A stretch of DNA of 32,000 bases. Origin: Synechococcus sp. A15-28. GTDB taxonomy: Bacteria > Cyanobacteriota > Cyanobacteriia > PCC-6307 > Cyanobiaceae. The translations under genes were made by a program, and so were the position numbers. The stretch spans positions 300,001 through 332,000 of the forward strand of contig NZ_CP047931.1 of assembly GCF_014280175.1 (NCBI RefSeq), written 5' to 3'. This document shows positions 10,172 to 18,393 of this stretch, piece after piece (position 1 is the first letter of the stretch; each line of letters starts with the position of its first letter). The notes below the pieces were generated by a model. The model was not told where the DNA came from. It did not search any database and was given only the letters and a program-made list of their open reading frames with translations.

Positions 10172-13080
10172 GTCCGGCGTCCCAGAACGCCAACACAGCG
10201 TCCGCAGATGTGGGGATGCTCCGGGTGCTGACCAACATCCCCCTCGTAGTGCCAGCAGCGCTCGCATTTGGTCCCCCGCGCTCGGCTCACCTCGATCGAT
10301 GCCAGCTCGTCGTCGTGACTGGCGAGCACTTCCGCCCAGGGTTCACCGCCCAGCTGCAGCTGGGACACCAGAAGCCAATCCCGCAGGCCATCCACCTCAG
10401 GATCAGCGTTGTCGCTGAGCCAGGACAGGGCAGCTTGCATCTCGGGACTGCGGGCTTCGATCCGTACGGCCGCCTCCAATGAGGCGCCAAGTTCCTGCCG
10501 GCCGCGGCAATCCTCCAGCACCTTGTTCACCGCCGCCCGCAGGTCGCGGAGTTGCTGCACGGGTGCTGTGAGCGTGTCGTTGCGCCACTCGGTCGGAGCG
10601 GAGGGCCATCCGCGCTGGAACACCGAGGTTTCCTGGACTCGGTAAGGAAGGTTCTGCCAGATGTCTTCGGCCATGTGACACAGCACCGGAGCGATGAAGC
10701 CGGCCAACCGTTCGATGATCAAGGCCATCACGGTCTGACAGCTGCGCCGGCGCTTGTCCTGGGGGGCGCTCACATACAAACGGTCTTTGGCGATGTCGAG
10801 GTAGAAGTTGGAAAGGTCGGTGACGCAGAAGTTCTGCAGCAGCTGGAAGAAGCGGAAAAATTCGTAGCCCTCGAAGGCCTCTGTGATCTCATCCATCACC
10901 TCAGCGGTGCGCTGCAGCATCCAGCGGTCGAGCAGCGGCAGGTCCGCCACGGCAATCCCGTCGGTCTCTGGGTTGAAGTCGTGCAGATTGCCGAGCAGAT
11001 AACGGCTGGTGTTGCGCACCTTGCGGTAGACATCGGCCAGTTGCCGCAAGATGCCGGCCCCGATCGGCACATCGGCGGAGTAGTCCACCGAGCTCACCCA
11101 GAGCCGCAGCACATCAGCGCCGTAGGGCGGTTCCTGCTTCTGGTTCTTACCGCCCTCGATGATCACCATCGGATCAACGACATTGCCGAGGGATTTGCTC
11201 ATCTTTCGCCCCTTCTCGTCCAGGGCGAAGCCATGGGTGAGCACCCGCTTGTAGGGAGCGTGGCCATTCACGGCAACAGAGGTGAGCAGGGAACTCTGGA
11301 ACCAGCCGCGGTGCTGGTCGGACCCTTCCAGATACAGGTCAGCGGGATAGCTGAGCGTCTCGCGTTGGCTTGAGACAGCAGCCCAGCTGGAGCCTGAGTC
11401 GAACCAAACATCCATCGTGTCGGTGCCTTTATGCCACTGGTCGGCCTGGTCGGCGTAGGCGGCAGGTAGCAGCTCGGCTTCGTCTTTCTCCCACCAGACG
11501 TCAGCGCCGTGTTCGGCGATGAGCGACTCGATGTGGCTCAGGGTGTCGGCGTTGAGCAGCACCTCGCCGTTGCTGCGGTTGTAGAAGACCGGGATCGGTA
11601 CGCCCCAGGTGCGCTGACGGGAGATGCACCAGTCGCCCCGCTCCTTCACCATCGATTCGATCCGGTTGCGACCCGATGCTGGGGTCCACTGCACGGCGGC
11701 GATCGCATCCAGGGCCTTTTGGCGGAACCCTTCCACGGAGGCGAACCACTGTTCCGTGGCCCGGAAGATGGTGGGTTTCTTGGTGCGCCAGTCGTAGGGG
11801 TAGCGGTGGCCATAGGCCTCCTGCTTGAGCAGGGCCCCAGCCGACTCCAGAGCTTCGATGATCTTGGGGTTGGCGTCCTTGAGCACATTCAGGCCCGCGA
11901 ACGGCCCGGCTTCATCGGTGAGGGTGCCGCCTTCGTCGACAGGGCAGAGCACCGGCAGGCCGTTCTTCTGGCCGGTGTGGAAGTCGTCGACGCCGTGACC
12001 AGGCGCGGTGTGAACGAGGCCTGTGCCCGATTCGGTGGTGATGTACTCCCCGCCGATCACCACCGGGCTGGTGCGGTCCAGCAGGGGATGCCGGTAGATG
12101 AGACCGGCAAGCAGGGCACCTTTCACCGTGGCGCGCTGCTTGAGGGGACATTCCAGGGTTTTGGAGAGCGACTCGATCAGGTCAGCTGCCACCAGCAGCA
12201 GGCGGCCTGCGCCGTCCTCGGCCAGGGCGTAATCGAGCCGTTCATTCACCGAAACCGCCAGGTTCGCAGGGAGGGTCCAGGGCGTTGTGGTCCAGATCGC
12301 GACCTGAAGACCCTCGCCCAGGGCTTTGGGGTCAGAGGGCAGGTCCAGGCCCTCCTGCTTGACTGCATCCCGCAGCGCCGCCGGCAGCTCCACCGCCGGA
12401 AAAGCCACATAGACGCTGGGACTGGTGTGACCGTCGGGATATTCCAGTTCGGCTTCTGCCAGGGCTGTGCGGGAGCTCGGGCTCCAGTGCACCGGTTTCA
12501 GGCCGCGGTAGATGTGCCCCTTGAGCACCATCTCGCCGAAGACGCGAATCTGAGCTGATTCGTATTCCTTCTGCAGGGTCAGATACGGCTGCTCCCAGTC
12601 AGCCCAGATCCCCCAGCGCTGGAAACCTTTCATCTGGCCATCCACCTGCTTGCGGGCATAGGCGGCGGCTTTTTTGCGCAGCTTGATCGGGGTCAGCGCC
12701 TGGCGCTGCTCCGGGTCCATCGACTGCAGCACCTTCAGCTCGATCGGCAGGCCATGGCAGTCCCAGCCCGGCACGTAGCGCACCTGGCGGCCCTGCATCA
12801 CCTGGTACTTGTTGATGACGTCCTTGAGCACCTTGTTCAGGGCGTGACCCATGTGCAGGGCGCCATTGGCGTAAGGAGGCCCGTCGTGCAGCGTGAATGT
12901 GGGGCCACTGTTCTGCAGCCCCAGCTGCCCATCGATTCCGTTGCTGCTCCAGAAGGCCTGCAGCTCCGGCTCCCGCTTCACCGCATTGGCGCGCATGCCG
13001 AAGCCGGTCTGCAGCAGGTTGAGCGTGTCTTTGTAGGAGGGACGGCCCTCAGCGGCGGCGTCGCGCGTCTCCTTGCTCAC
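10156..13080 (-). CDS. ileS: Isoleucyl-tRNA synthetase
   Basis: 974 aa with the class I HIGH-type motif ([14 protein letters not shown]), KMSKS, and C-terminal Zn-binding CERCWHY...CGRC. Confidence 0.97.
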   Translation of the reverse strand: MSKETRDAAAEGRPSYKDTLNLLQTGFGMRANAVKREPELQAFWSSNGIDGQLGLQNSGPTFTLHDGPPYANGALHMGHALNKVLKDVINKYQVMQGRQVRYVPGWDCHGLPIELKVLQSMDPEQRQALTPIKLRKKAAAYARKQVDGQMKGFQRWGIWADWEQPYLTLQKEYESAQIRVFGEMVLKGHIYRGLKPVHWSPSSRTALAEAELEYPDGHTSPSVYVAFPAVELPAALRDAVKQEGLDLPSDPKALGEGLQVAIWTTTPWTLPANLAVSVNERLDYALAEDGAGRLLLVAADLIESLSKTLECPLKQRATVKGALLAGLIYRHPLLDRTSPVVIGGEYITTESGTGLVHTAPGHGVDDFHTGQKNGLPVLCPVDEGGTLTDEAGPFAGLNVLKDANPKIIEALESAGALLKQEAYGHRYPYDWRTKKPTIFRATEQWFASVEGFRQKALDAIAAVQWTPASGRNRIESMVKERGDWCISRQRTWGVPIPVFYNRSNGEVLLNADTLSHIESLIAEHGADVWWEKDEAELLPAAYADQADQWHKGTDTMDVWFDSGSSWAAVSSQRETLSYPADLYLEGSDQHRGWFQSSLLTSVAVNGHAPYKRVLTHGFALDEKGRKMSKSLGNVVDPMVIIEGGKNQKQEPPYGADVLRLWVSSVDYSADVPIGAGILRQLADVYRKVRNTSRYLLGNLHDFNPETDGIAVADLPLLDRWMLQRTAEVMDEITEAFEGYEFFRFFQLLQNFCVTDLSNFYLDIAKDRLYVSAPQDKRRRSCQTVMALIIERLAGFIAPVLCHMAEDIWQNLPYRVQETSVFQRGWPSAPTEWRNDTLTAPVQQLRDLRAAVNKVLEDCRGRQELGASLEAAVRIEARSPEMQAALSWLSDNADPEVDGLRDWLLVSQLQLGGEPWAEVLASHDDELASIEVSRARGTKCERCWHYEGDVGQHPEHPHICGRCVGVLGRRTHQLA

Positions 13081-13107
13081 GGGGTCCCTGCTCTGGCCAG
13101 GGGATTA

Positions 13108-13605
13108 TCAGTCTTCGCCCTCGCTTTCGCTGGGTTCCGGGCTGGGCTCGATTGAGGGAGTCGGTTCCGTCGGCTCCTTGTCGTCTGATTCGGGGCGCAC
13201 CCATTTCTTCCCGGACACGCCTGATTTCCCAGCGGGCTTCAGTTGCTTGGCCATGCCCCCGAGGCCTTCGGAAAGACCTCCGGCGGCGCTGCCGAGCTGG
13301 CGCAGACCTGTCAACCAGTGGTCCACCGACCGCAGCCGCGCCTGTTCCTCGTCACTGAGGGCTCGCCAGCGGGCCTGCCCCACTTCCGCACTGAGCCGAC
13401 TGATCAGGAGTCCGCCACAGAGGACCGCCAGCATCGGAGCTCCCCGTAACCGGTCGCTGCTGGTCACCAGCACCAGACCCAGCAGCAGAACAACAGCTCC
13501 CCACACCCCGTCTCGCGGCCGGCTCAGTTCCACCGCCAGCAGGGGCAGCAAAAGCAGGGCGAGACCGAACAGCAGGCAAACGTCGCCGCTCAGGGTCGCA
13601 AGCAT
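13108..13605 (-). CDS. ycf66: Ycf66-like membrane protein with an acidic P/E/S-rich tail
   Basis: 165 aa. The two or three N-terminal TM segments with SRPRDG...RL...LCGGLL resemble Ycf66. The C-terminus is low complexity. Confidence 0.5.
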   Translation of the reverse strand: MLATLSGDVCLLFGLALLLLPLLAVELSRPRDGVWGAVVLLLGLVLVTSSDRLRGAPMLAVLCGGLLISRLSAEVGQARWRALSDEEQARLRSVDHWLTGLRQLGSAAGGLSEGLGGMAKQLKPAGKSGVSGKKWVRPESDDKEPTEPTPSIEPSPEPSESEGED

Positions 13606-13660
13606 CGGTGACGCTGAATCATCTGCTCCATTGTGGATCGCTCCGTAAGCTCAGTGCTCA

Positions 13661-13706
13661 GCCCACCTGGCGGAATTGGTAGACGCGCTGGTTTTAGGTA
13701 CCAGTG
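13661..13706 (+). repeat. attL: orphan 5' half of tRNA-Leu(UAG), 46 bp identical to 24053-24098
   Basis: GCCCACCTGGCGGAATTGGTAGACGCGCTGGTTTTAGGTACCAGTG matches the intact tRNA exactly from the acceptor 5' strand through the anticodon stem-loop. Identity ends at 13707/24099. Confidence 0.95.
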
Positions 13707-13752
13707 ACTACCTTAGTAATTGCAACGTGTTTGAGGCTTTATTCGACACGGT

Positions 13753-13806
13753 TTGCCAAAATCTTGCCAAATAAGCTGCTTAAGTCCGGCTTGCCAAAGG
13801 TGAGAT
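13753..13806 (+). repeat. Three direct TTGCCAAA repeats inside attL (candidate arm-type recombinase sites)
   Basis: TTGCCAAA occurs at 13753, 13764 (11-bp spacing) and 13791. The same motif is tandemly repeated at 23903 and 23914 next to attR. Confidence 0.5.
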
Positions 13807-13912
13807 CTGGGAAAACCTAATGTTTTCTCTCTCTCTCGGAAGACCGAGAGGCTTTGAAGGACGAATTTCTGGAGGACTTCTCCATGGGCGTGCCTTTTGG
13901 AGCCCCAGACCT

Positions 13913-13993
13913 TCACTCACCCATCGCTGATTGAAGAATGTTCTTTGCAGCATTCACATCAGCGTTCTCGGTGTGTCCGCATTTCAGGCACTG
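13913..13993 (-). pseudogene. tnpB: tnpB (IS200/IS605-family) 3' fragment: second zinc-ribbon Cys pair to stop
   Basis: The minus frame reads QCLKCGHTENADVNAAKNILQSAMGE-stop, the canonical TnpB C-terminus (CxxCGh..nADvNAAxNI). No upstream TnpB sequence adjoins it. Confidence 0.75.
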
Positions 13994-14001
13994 GAGTTGA
14001 G

Positions 14002-14178
14002 ATGATAGGAAGGTATCATGCACCTGGTTCTTTAGAGGGTTGGATAGTCTTAAAGACTGATGATCCCAAAGCAATATATCAACATGCAGCTGAATGGGGT
14101 GAATTCTTGAATTGGGAGACCACACCTGTATTTACTGATGAGGAAGCTGGTCAAATAGTCGCCAAAATCAACAATTAG
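14002..14178 (+). pseudogene. Truncated small gene, DUF3303-like C-terminal half
   Basis: MIGRYHAPGSLEGWIVLKTDDPKAIYQHAAEWGEFLNWETTPVFTDEEAG resembles only the C-terminal half of DUF3303-type ~90-aa proteins. The N-terminal 35 codons of listed ORF 13897..14178 are antisense to the tnpB fragment. Confidence 0.35.
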
Positions 14179-14231
14179 AGAACGATTGACAGTCGATCTA
14201 CAATAAGGGGAATTAGCTCCTTTTTATTTTT

Positions 14232-15401
14232 ATGGGCACTGATGAAGATGAAAAAGTAATTGTGAATACCAAAGACTTACTTGAACGGGCTCGTGATGGC
14301 CTTAAGATCGCCCTTGTTTATGCGGGTGATAAAAATGAGCCCGACGCTGTAATCGAGCGACAAATCAACAGCCGAGATTGGAAAAGTTATCGAGTAGTCG
14401 CTGAAAATATCGCTGAGACGCTCGAAGCAGAGGGGTTCTCCGATGTGGTTGTATTGCCCGAGGACCGTCACCTCGGAGACGTAATAAGTAGATCCAATAT
14501 CGACTTAGTCTGGCTGAATTCTGGTGGGGTCCAAGGAATTAATCCAATGGCGCATGCTCCTGCGCTGTTAGAAATGTTAGGTGTCCCTTACATTGGCCAT
14601 AACCCACTAGCCGTATCAATTCTCGACAATAAGCACGTGTTTAAGAGTATGTGTATGGCTGCATCCTTGCCAACAGCTCGATCTGTGGTGATCGATCCGA
14701 GCTCTGAAGGCTGGAATTTCATTTACTCAGAACACTTCGAGTCAGTATTTTATGGGTTCCCAGGACCGTTTGTGATAAAGCCGGTAAGTGGCCGGGCTTC
14801 GAAGAACGTGTATTTCGTTGACTCAAAAAGGGAGGTAAAGCATGCGGTGGAGAAGGTTTGGAACGAAACAAACTACCTCTGCCTTGTAGAGGAATATCTC
14901 CCTGGAAGGGAATTCGCGATCTCAATTATGGGGTCGCGTGTGCGTCAAGATGGAGAATTCGTAATCCATGATGGACCCTTCGCGTTCTCCGCCGTCCAGC
15001 GCGTTTTTGAGCCTCATGAAAAGATCTTCGCTTCGATGGATGAGAAGCCGATTACCGACGACCGCATTCGGTTACTTGATCTCTCTCGCGAGTCGGGGTT
15101 AATCCGTGAGATGGAGCATCTGGCTCGCCAAGTCTTTGCATGGTTCACATTAAGTAGCCTGGTCCGACTCGACTTGCGTGAATCAGGTGATGGAGAGCTT
15201 CATCTTTTGGAAGCCAATCCAAAACCTGATTTAAAACGCCCGTCCGAGCACTCAGCCAGTATTACTTGCAGAGGATTAGCTCAGCGGAAAATGTCATACG
15301 CGGATTTGATAGTGTCAATTCTCGCTGAACGCTTGACAGTGTTAGCAAAGACCGGAAAAAAAGATTCCGCAATCCTTAAGAAACTGATGGTCACTTCGTA
15401 A
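14232..15401 (+). CDS. ATP-grasp ligase, D-alanine--D-alanine ligase family-like
   Basis: 389 aa. LLEMLGVPYIGHNPLAVSILDNKHVFK, FVIKPVSGRASKNVYFV, LVEEYLPGREFAISIMG and LRLDLRE...LHLLEANPKPDL follow the Ddl-type ATP-grasp layout. The gene is AT-rich. Confidence 0.75.
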   Translation: MGTDEDEKVIVNTKDLLERARDGLKIALVYAGDKNEPDAVIERQINSRDWKSYRVVAENIAETLEAEGFSDVVVLPEDRHLGDVISRSNIDLVWLNSGGVQGINPMAHAPALLEMLGVPYIGHNPLAVSILDNKHVFKSMCMAASLPTARSVVIDPSSEGWNFIYSEHFESVFYGFPGPFVIKPVSGRASKNVYFVDSKREVKHAVEKVWNETNYLCLVEEYLPGREFAISIMGSRVRQDGEFVIHDGPFAFSAVQRVFEPHEKIFASMDEKPITDDRIRLLDLSRESGLIREMEHLARQVFAWFTLSSLVRLDLRESGDGELHLLEANPKPDLKRPSEHSASITCRGLAQRKMSYADLIVSILAERLTVLAKTGKKDSAILKKLMVTS

Positions 15402-15419
15402 AAATTTTCGAATTGTACA

Positions 15420-15814
15420 GAAAAGTTCTTGGCTTGGCCTGTTTCCTGCTTCTGTGTGACCGCAGACGCTGCACCGTTGGCTGGTGTACTTCGGGTCTAC
15501 CCGCACAATATTCCTGCCGCGTTCTTTGCCCTTCTCTTCAAGCTCCGTATTAGCTGGCCAAGACCTGCATCAGCCATTGAGCGATTGAGCCCACCTTTTG
15601 CTGCGGCTTGATTCAGCAGGAACGTGCCAGATCCATCTTCTGCTGGTTTGGGCTTAGGACGGCGGGTCATGCTCGCTAATTTCAGGTCTTTAATCGCGAG
15701 TGTTCCGTAGGTCCGCAGCAAATAGGTGCTGGTCTTATGCGCAAACAGCTTGCGGGTGCGGCGGATCTTCTCGTGCAAATTCTGGATCTCTTGGGGATTA
15801 TGCGAATAGTGCAT
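15420..15814 (-). pseudogene. tnpB: tnpB central fragment (RuvC-like region to first zinc-ribbon Cys pair), frameshifted
   Basis: LHEKIRRTRKLFAHKTSTYLLRTYGTLAIKDL...LNRSMADAGLGQLIRSLKRRAKNAAG is followed, after a frameshift near 15510, by IVRVDPKYTSQRCSVCGHTEAGNRPSQELF. The roughly 250 N-terminal residues are missing, and the expected catalytic Glu of the EDL motif is Lys. Confidence 0.75.
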
Positions 15815-15895
15815 TTATTAGGCCACTTGCAACTTTTGATGCCTATTTAATTGCCTTCTGAATTAAATTATTGGCTAAGTGTCTAAAGCTCTCGG

Positions 15896-17437
15896 ATGAC
15901 GATCACTTCATATTCCAATACTGACTATCGGTCAGTCGCCGACTACGAGAGCTACGATCTCCTTCAAGATTACTCGGGCTATGACAATGTTATTGAATAT
16001 TATATTCAAGGTGTCGCAGAAAATTACTATCCTGAATACGTCAATAATATCCTTGATTTCTCCTCTGAGGAAAAGAAGTATATTCGCTTTGCGATGGGCG
16101 ATTTCAGTCGATTGACTGGCGCCCAGTTTGTTGAGACAAATGATTTTGATTCAGCAGTTATCAACTTAATTAAGATCGATAGTTATAACGATGGTGATTA
16201 TGTAGGTCTGAACTCACCAGAGGACGGATGGATCGACATCTCTTGGGTGAATTCTGGTGGAGATAAAATGACTGAATATGAAAAGTGGCTGATATGGCAT
16301 GAAGTTGGACATTCAACAGGCATAATGCATCCCAACAATGATGACAGCCACTCGGATCAATACTTTACCAATAAGATCTCAGTGATGTCGGACAATGAGA
16401 CTAATTTCTACCCAACAAGTTTAAGAGATCTTGATATTCAGGCGATGCGTAACGTCTGGGGGCAAACATCCTCTCCCGCCTTTATTCGAAGCGATGATCC
16501 GACTTTGCCAACATTGTCAACCATTGAATCTGAAGGTAATACTGAGCTTCTGAAGGACTCTTCAGGCAATGCCTATGTACGCCAAGATGGCTATGAAAAT
16601 CTGCTCACTCTTAGAGACTATGATGGTGTTCAGTATAAAATTGATGGGACGACAAACCAAGCCGCTGGTGAGCGGGAAATATTAGCAGCTGAACGTATCG
16701 ATGGTATAGATCAAGTTCTGTGGGGCTATTTCGGCGGTGAATCTACGCCAAGCGAATACCGTGTTTACGAAAATGATTTGTGGGGAGAGCCTGATACTGA
16801 CTACTATTGGTATGAAACAGGTGAATCCGATATTTACGAAATTGGTACACCAGGTTTTGATCAAATAGCCACGTCATTTGGTATTGAGGCTCCTTCTGCG
16901 CCAACACCAACACCAACTCCAACTCCAACACCTGAAACTAGTTCGGATATAGATGTTCCTGTCAATAAAAAATGGTCTAAATACTTATGGAAAAAGTCTG
17001 GAAAGGATGGAATTATTGATTACTATGCTGACAAGAAAGGAAAGTTAGATAAAAAACAAAATACAAAAATTGCCAAGAAAACTCTTTCATTTGTTGATGA
17101 CATGCTTGATGAAACCGAGTCAATCTTGGGACTAGAATTCAATAAAGTAAAGAAAAGTAAGCAGGCTGACATTGTCTTCCAAGCCAAGTCAAAAAGCAAA
17201 GACGCGACAACTTATAAGACTAAATATGGCATGGAAGTCTCATTTTCTAAGACTCAAAAGAAGCCTACGCAGTACGACATGCAAGACATTAATTATCTCA
17301 CCGGATACGCTCTTGGCCTCAAGGATTTGAAGGGAAATTCTTACGATGCCGCCGACTCAGTCATGGCAGCTAACTATAGTGATGAATATCTAGGATGGTC
17401 CAATAATGATATAAAAGCTCTTCAGTCCATATGGTGA
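15896..17437 (+). CDS. Metzincin-type zinc metalloprotease fused via a PT-repeat linker to a Lys-rich, catalytically degenerate second metzincin-like domain
   Basis: HEVGHSTGIMH (16298-16330) matches HExxHxxGxxH, with a downstream SVMS Met-turn candidate and DIQAMRNVWG. A (PT)5 linker lies at 16901-16933. The C-terminal domain repeats the layout, but YLTGYALGLKD replaces the zinc site. No N-terminal signal peptide is apparent. Confidence 0.7.
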   Translation: MTITSYSNTDYRSVADYESYDLLQDYSGYDNVIEYYIQGVAENYYPEYVNNILDFSSEEKKYIRFAMGDFSRLTGAQFVETNDFDSAVINLIKIDSYNDGDYVGLNSPEDGWIDISWVNSGGDKMTEYEKWLIWHEVGHSTGIMHPNNDDSHSDQYFTNKISVMSDNETNFYPTSLRDLDIQAMRNVWGQTSSPAFIRSDDPTLPTLSTIESEGNTELLKDSSGNAYVRQDGYENLLTLRDYDGVQYKIDGTTNQAAGEREILAAERIDGIDQVLWGYFGGESTPSEYRVYENDLWGEPDTDYYWYETGESDIYEIGTPGFDQIATSFGIEAPSAPTPTPTPTPTPETSSDIDVPVNKKWSKYLWKKSGKDGIIDYYADKKGKLDKKQNTKIAKKTLSFVDDMLDETESILGLEFNKVKKSKQADIVFQAKSKSKDATTYKTKYGMEVSFSKTQKKPTQYDMQDINYLTGYALGLKDLKGNSYDAADSVMAANYSDEYLGWSNNDIKALQSIW

Positions 17438-17672
17438 TTGCGCTGTATTTGCTGCATATTTATAGACGTTGAACTCATTGATGCTTGCCCAAGGTGAGAG
17501 CCTAAACATGCTTTAAGGCAAGTAATATCTATTCTGAAATCTCCCAGTACGACAGCAGAAAGTCATATCTTGCGAGTATTGATATTTCCAGTTTTGGGTA
17601 AATGTGTTGGCGCCTAAGGGCGAATGCCTGGACGAGCTCCCCCCGGAGTAAGGGGGGGGGGCTAAAGGATCT

Positions 17673-18272
17673 TCAGCACGCCGCCACCTCCTGTTCAGAA
17701 ATGATCCGACGGATCGTTGAGAGCGCCAGTCCCGTCTGCTCTCGAATGGAGCGATAGGAGCACCCCTCGTCCCTTAAGCGCAGAACCAGGCGTTCTTTTG
17801 CCTGATTGGTTTTGGGGCGACCGCCAATAGATCCGCCAGTCGCCTTTCGGTGCTGGATGCTCTCCATCACGCGATCCCTGGTCATCTCGCGTTCCACCTC
17901 ATTCAGTCCAGTCAGCAGACCAATGAGGACGGGTGCCATCTTTCCCATCGCCTTGGTGTTTACCAATCCATCCAGAGTTCGGACGTGAATGCCTTCCTCC
18001 TGCAAGTCGTGAAGACGGTTGATCACCTCACGCTGTGTCCTTCCAAGGCGTGAAAGAGCGGTAATGACGAGTTCGTCTCCTTCCACGACTGCATTGAGTG
18101 CTGCCTGCAGTTGGTGGCGGTCTTTCTCTGCTGTGCGGGTGCTAACGATCTCCTGGAAGACCACAGCGCACCCTGCATCCTTCAACGCCTTGACCTGAAC
18201 CTCCAGACCGGCCGCTTGCTTGGTGTCGCCACCGCCGCTGGTTCTTGCATAACCAATGCTTCGGGAGGTCAC
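17673..18272 (-). CDS. Small serine recombinase (resolvase/invertase family) with C-terminal HTH
   Basis: 199 aa with IGYARTS (catalytic Ser), GDELVITALSRLGR, EREMTRDRV and a C-terminal HTH (GCSYRSIREQTGLALSTIRRI). It is visibly GC-richer than neighbouring island DNA. Confidence 0.85.
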   Translation of the reverse strand: MTSRSIGYARTSGGGDTKQAAGLEVQVKALKDAGCAVVFQEIVSTRTAEKDRHQLQAALNAVVEGDELVITALSRLGRTQREVINRLHDLQEEGIHVRTLDGLVNTKAMGKMAPVLIGLLTGLNEVEREMTRDRVMESIQHRKATGGSIGGRPKTNQAKERLVLRLRDEGCSYRSIREQTGLALSTIRRIISEQEVAAC

Positions 18273-18393
18273 TGTTCCAAAAAGGGTTGTTCCAGAAACA
18301 ATAGCAACAAAACACTGTTAATGGAACACTCATATCCCAGTGGCAGCAGTTTTTTGTGAGTGTTCTTGTTTCCGATCGGTTGTTGGAACACTC
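18271..18393. repeat. Cluster of GGAACA(CTC)/TGTTCC repeats upstream of the serine recombinase (candidate res/crossover sites)
   Basis: TGGAACACTC occurs at 18322-18331 and 18384-18393, with the inverted GAGTGTTC at 18358-18365. TGTTCCA lies at 18273 and TGTTCCAG at 18288. Confidence 0.35.

Noticed and set aside
13897-14001. First 35 codons of listed ORF 13897..14178, and ORF 13713..13916 (-).
   Set aside because: The first is the antisense of the tnpB C-terminal fragment. The second runs through the arm-repeat and hairpin region. Neither has a recognisable domain or coding bias.
16901-16933. CCA-ACA tandem hexanucleotide repeat as a possible regulatory or phase-variable DNA repeat.
   Set aside because: It lies in frame inside the protease gene and encodes a (PT)5 interdomain linker. 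The codons are not perfectly identical, so slippage potential is limited.
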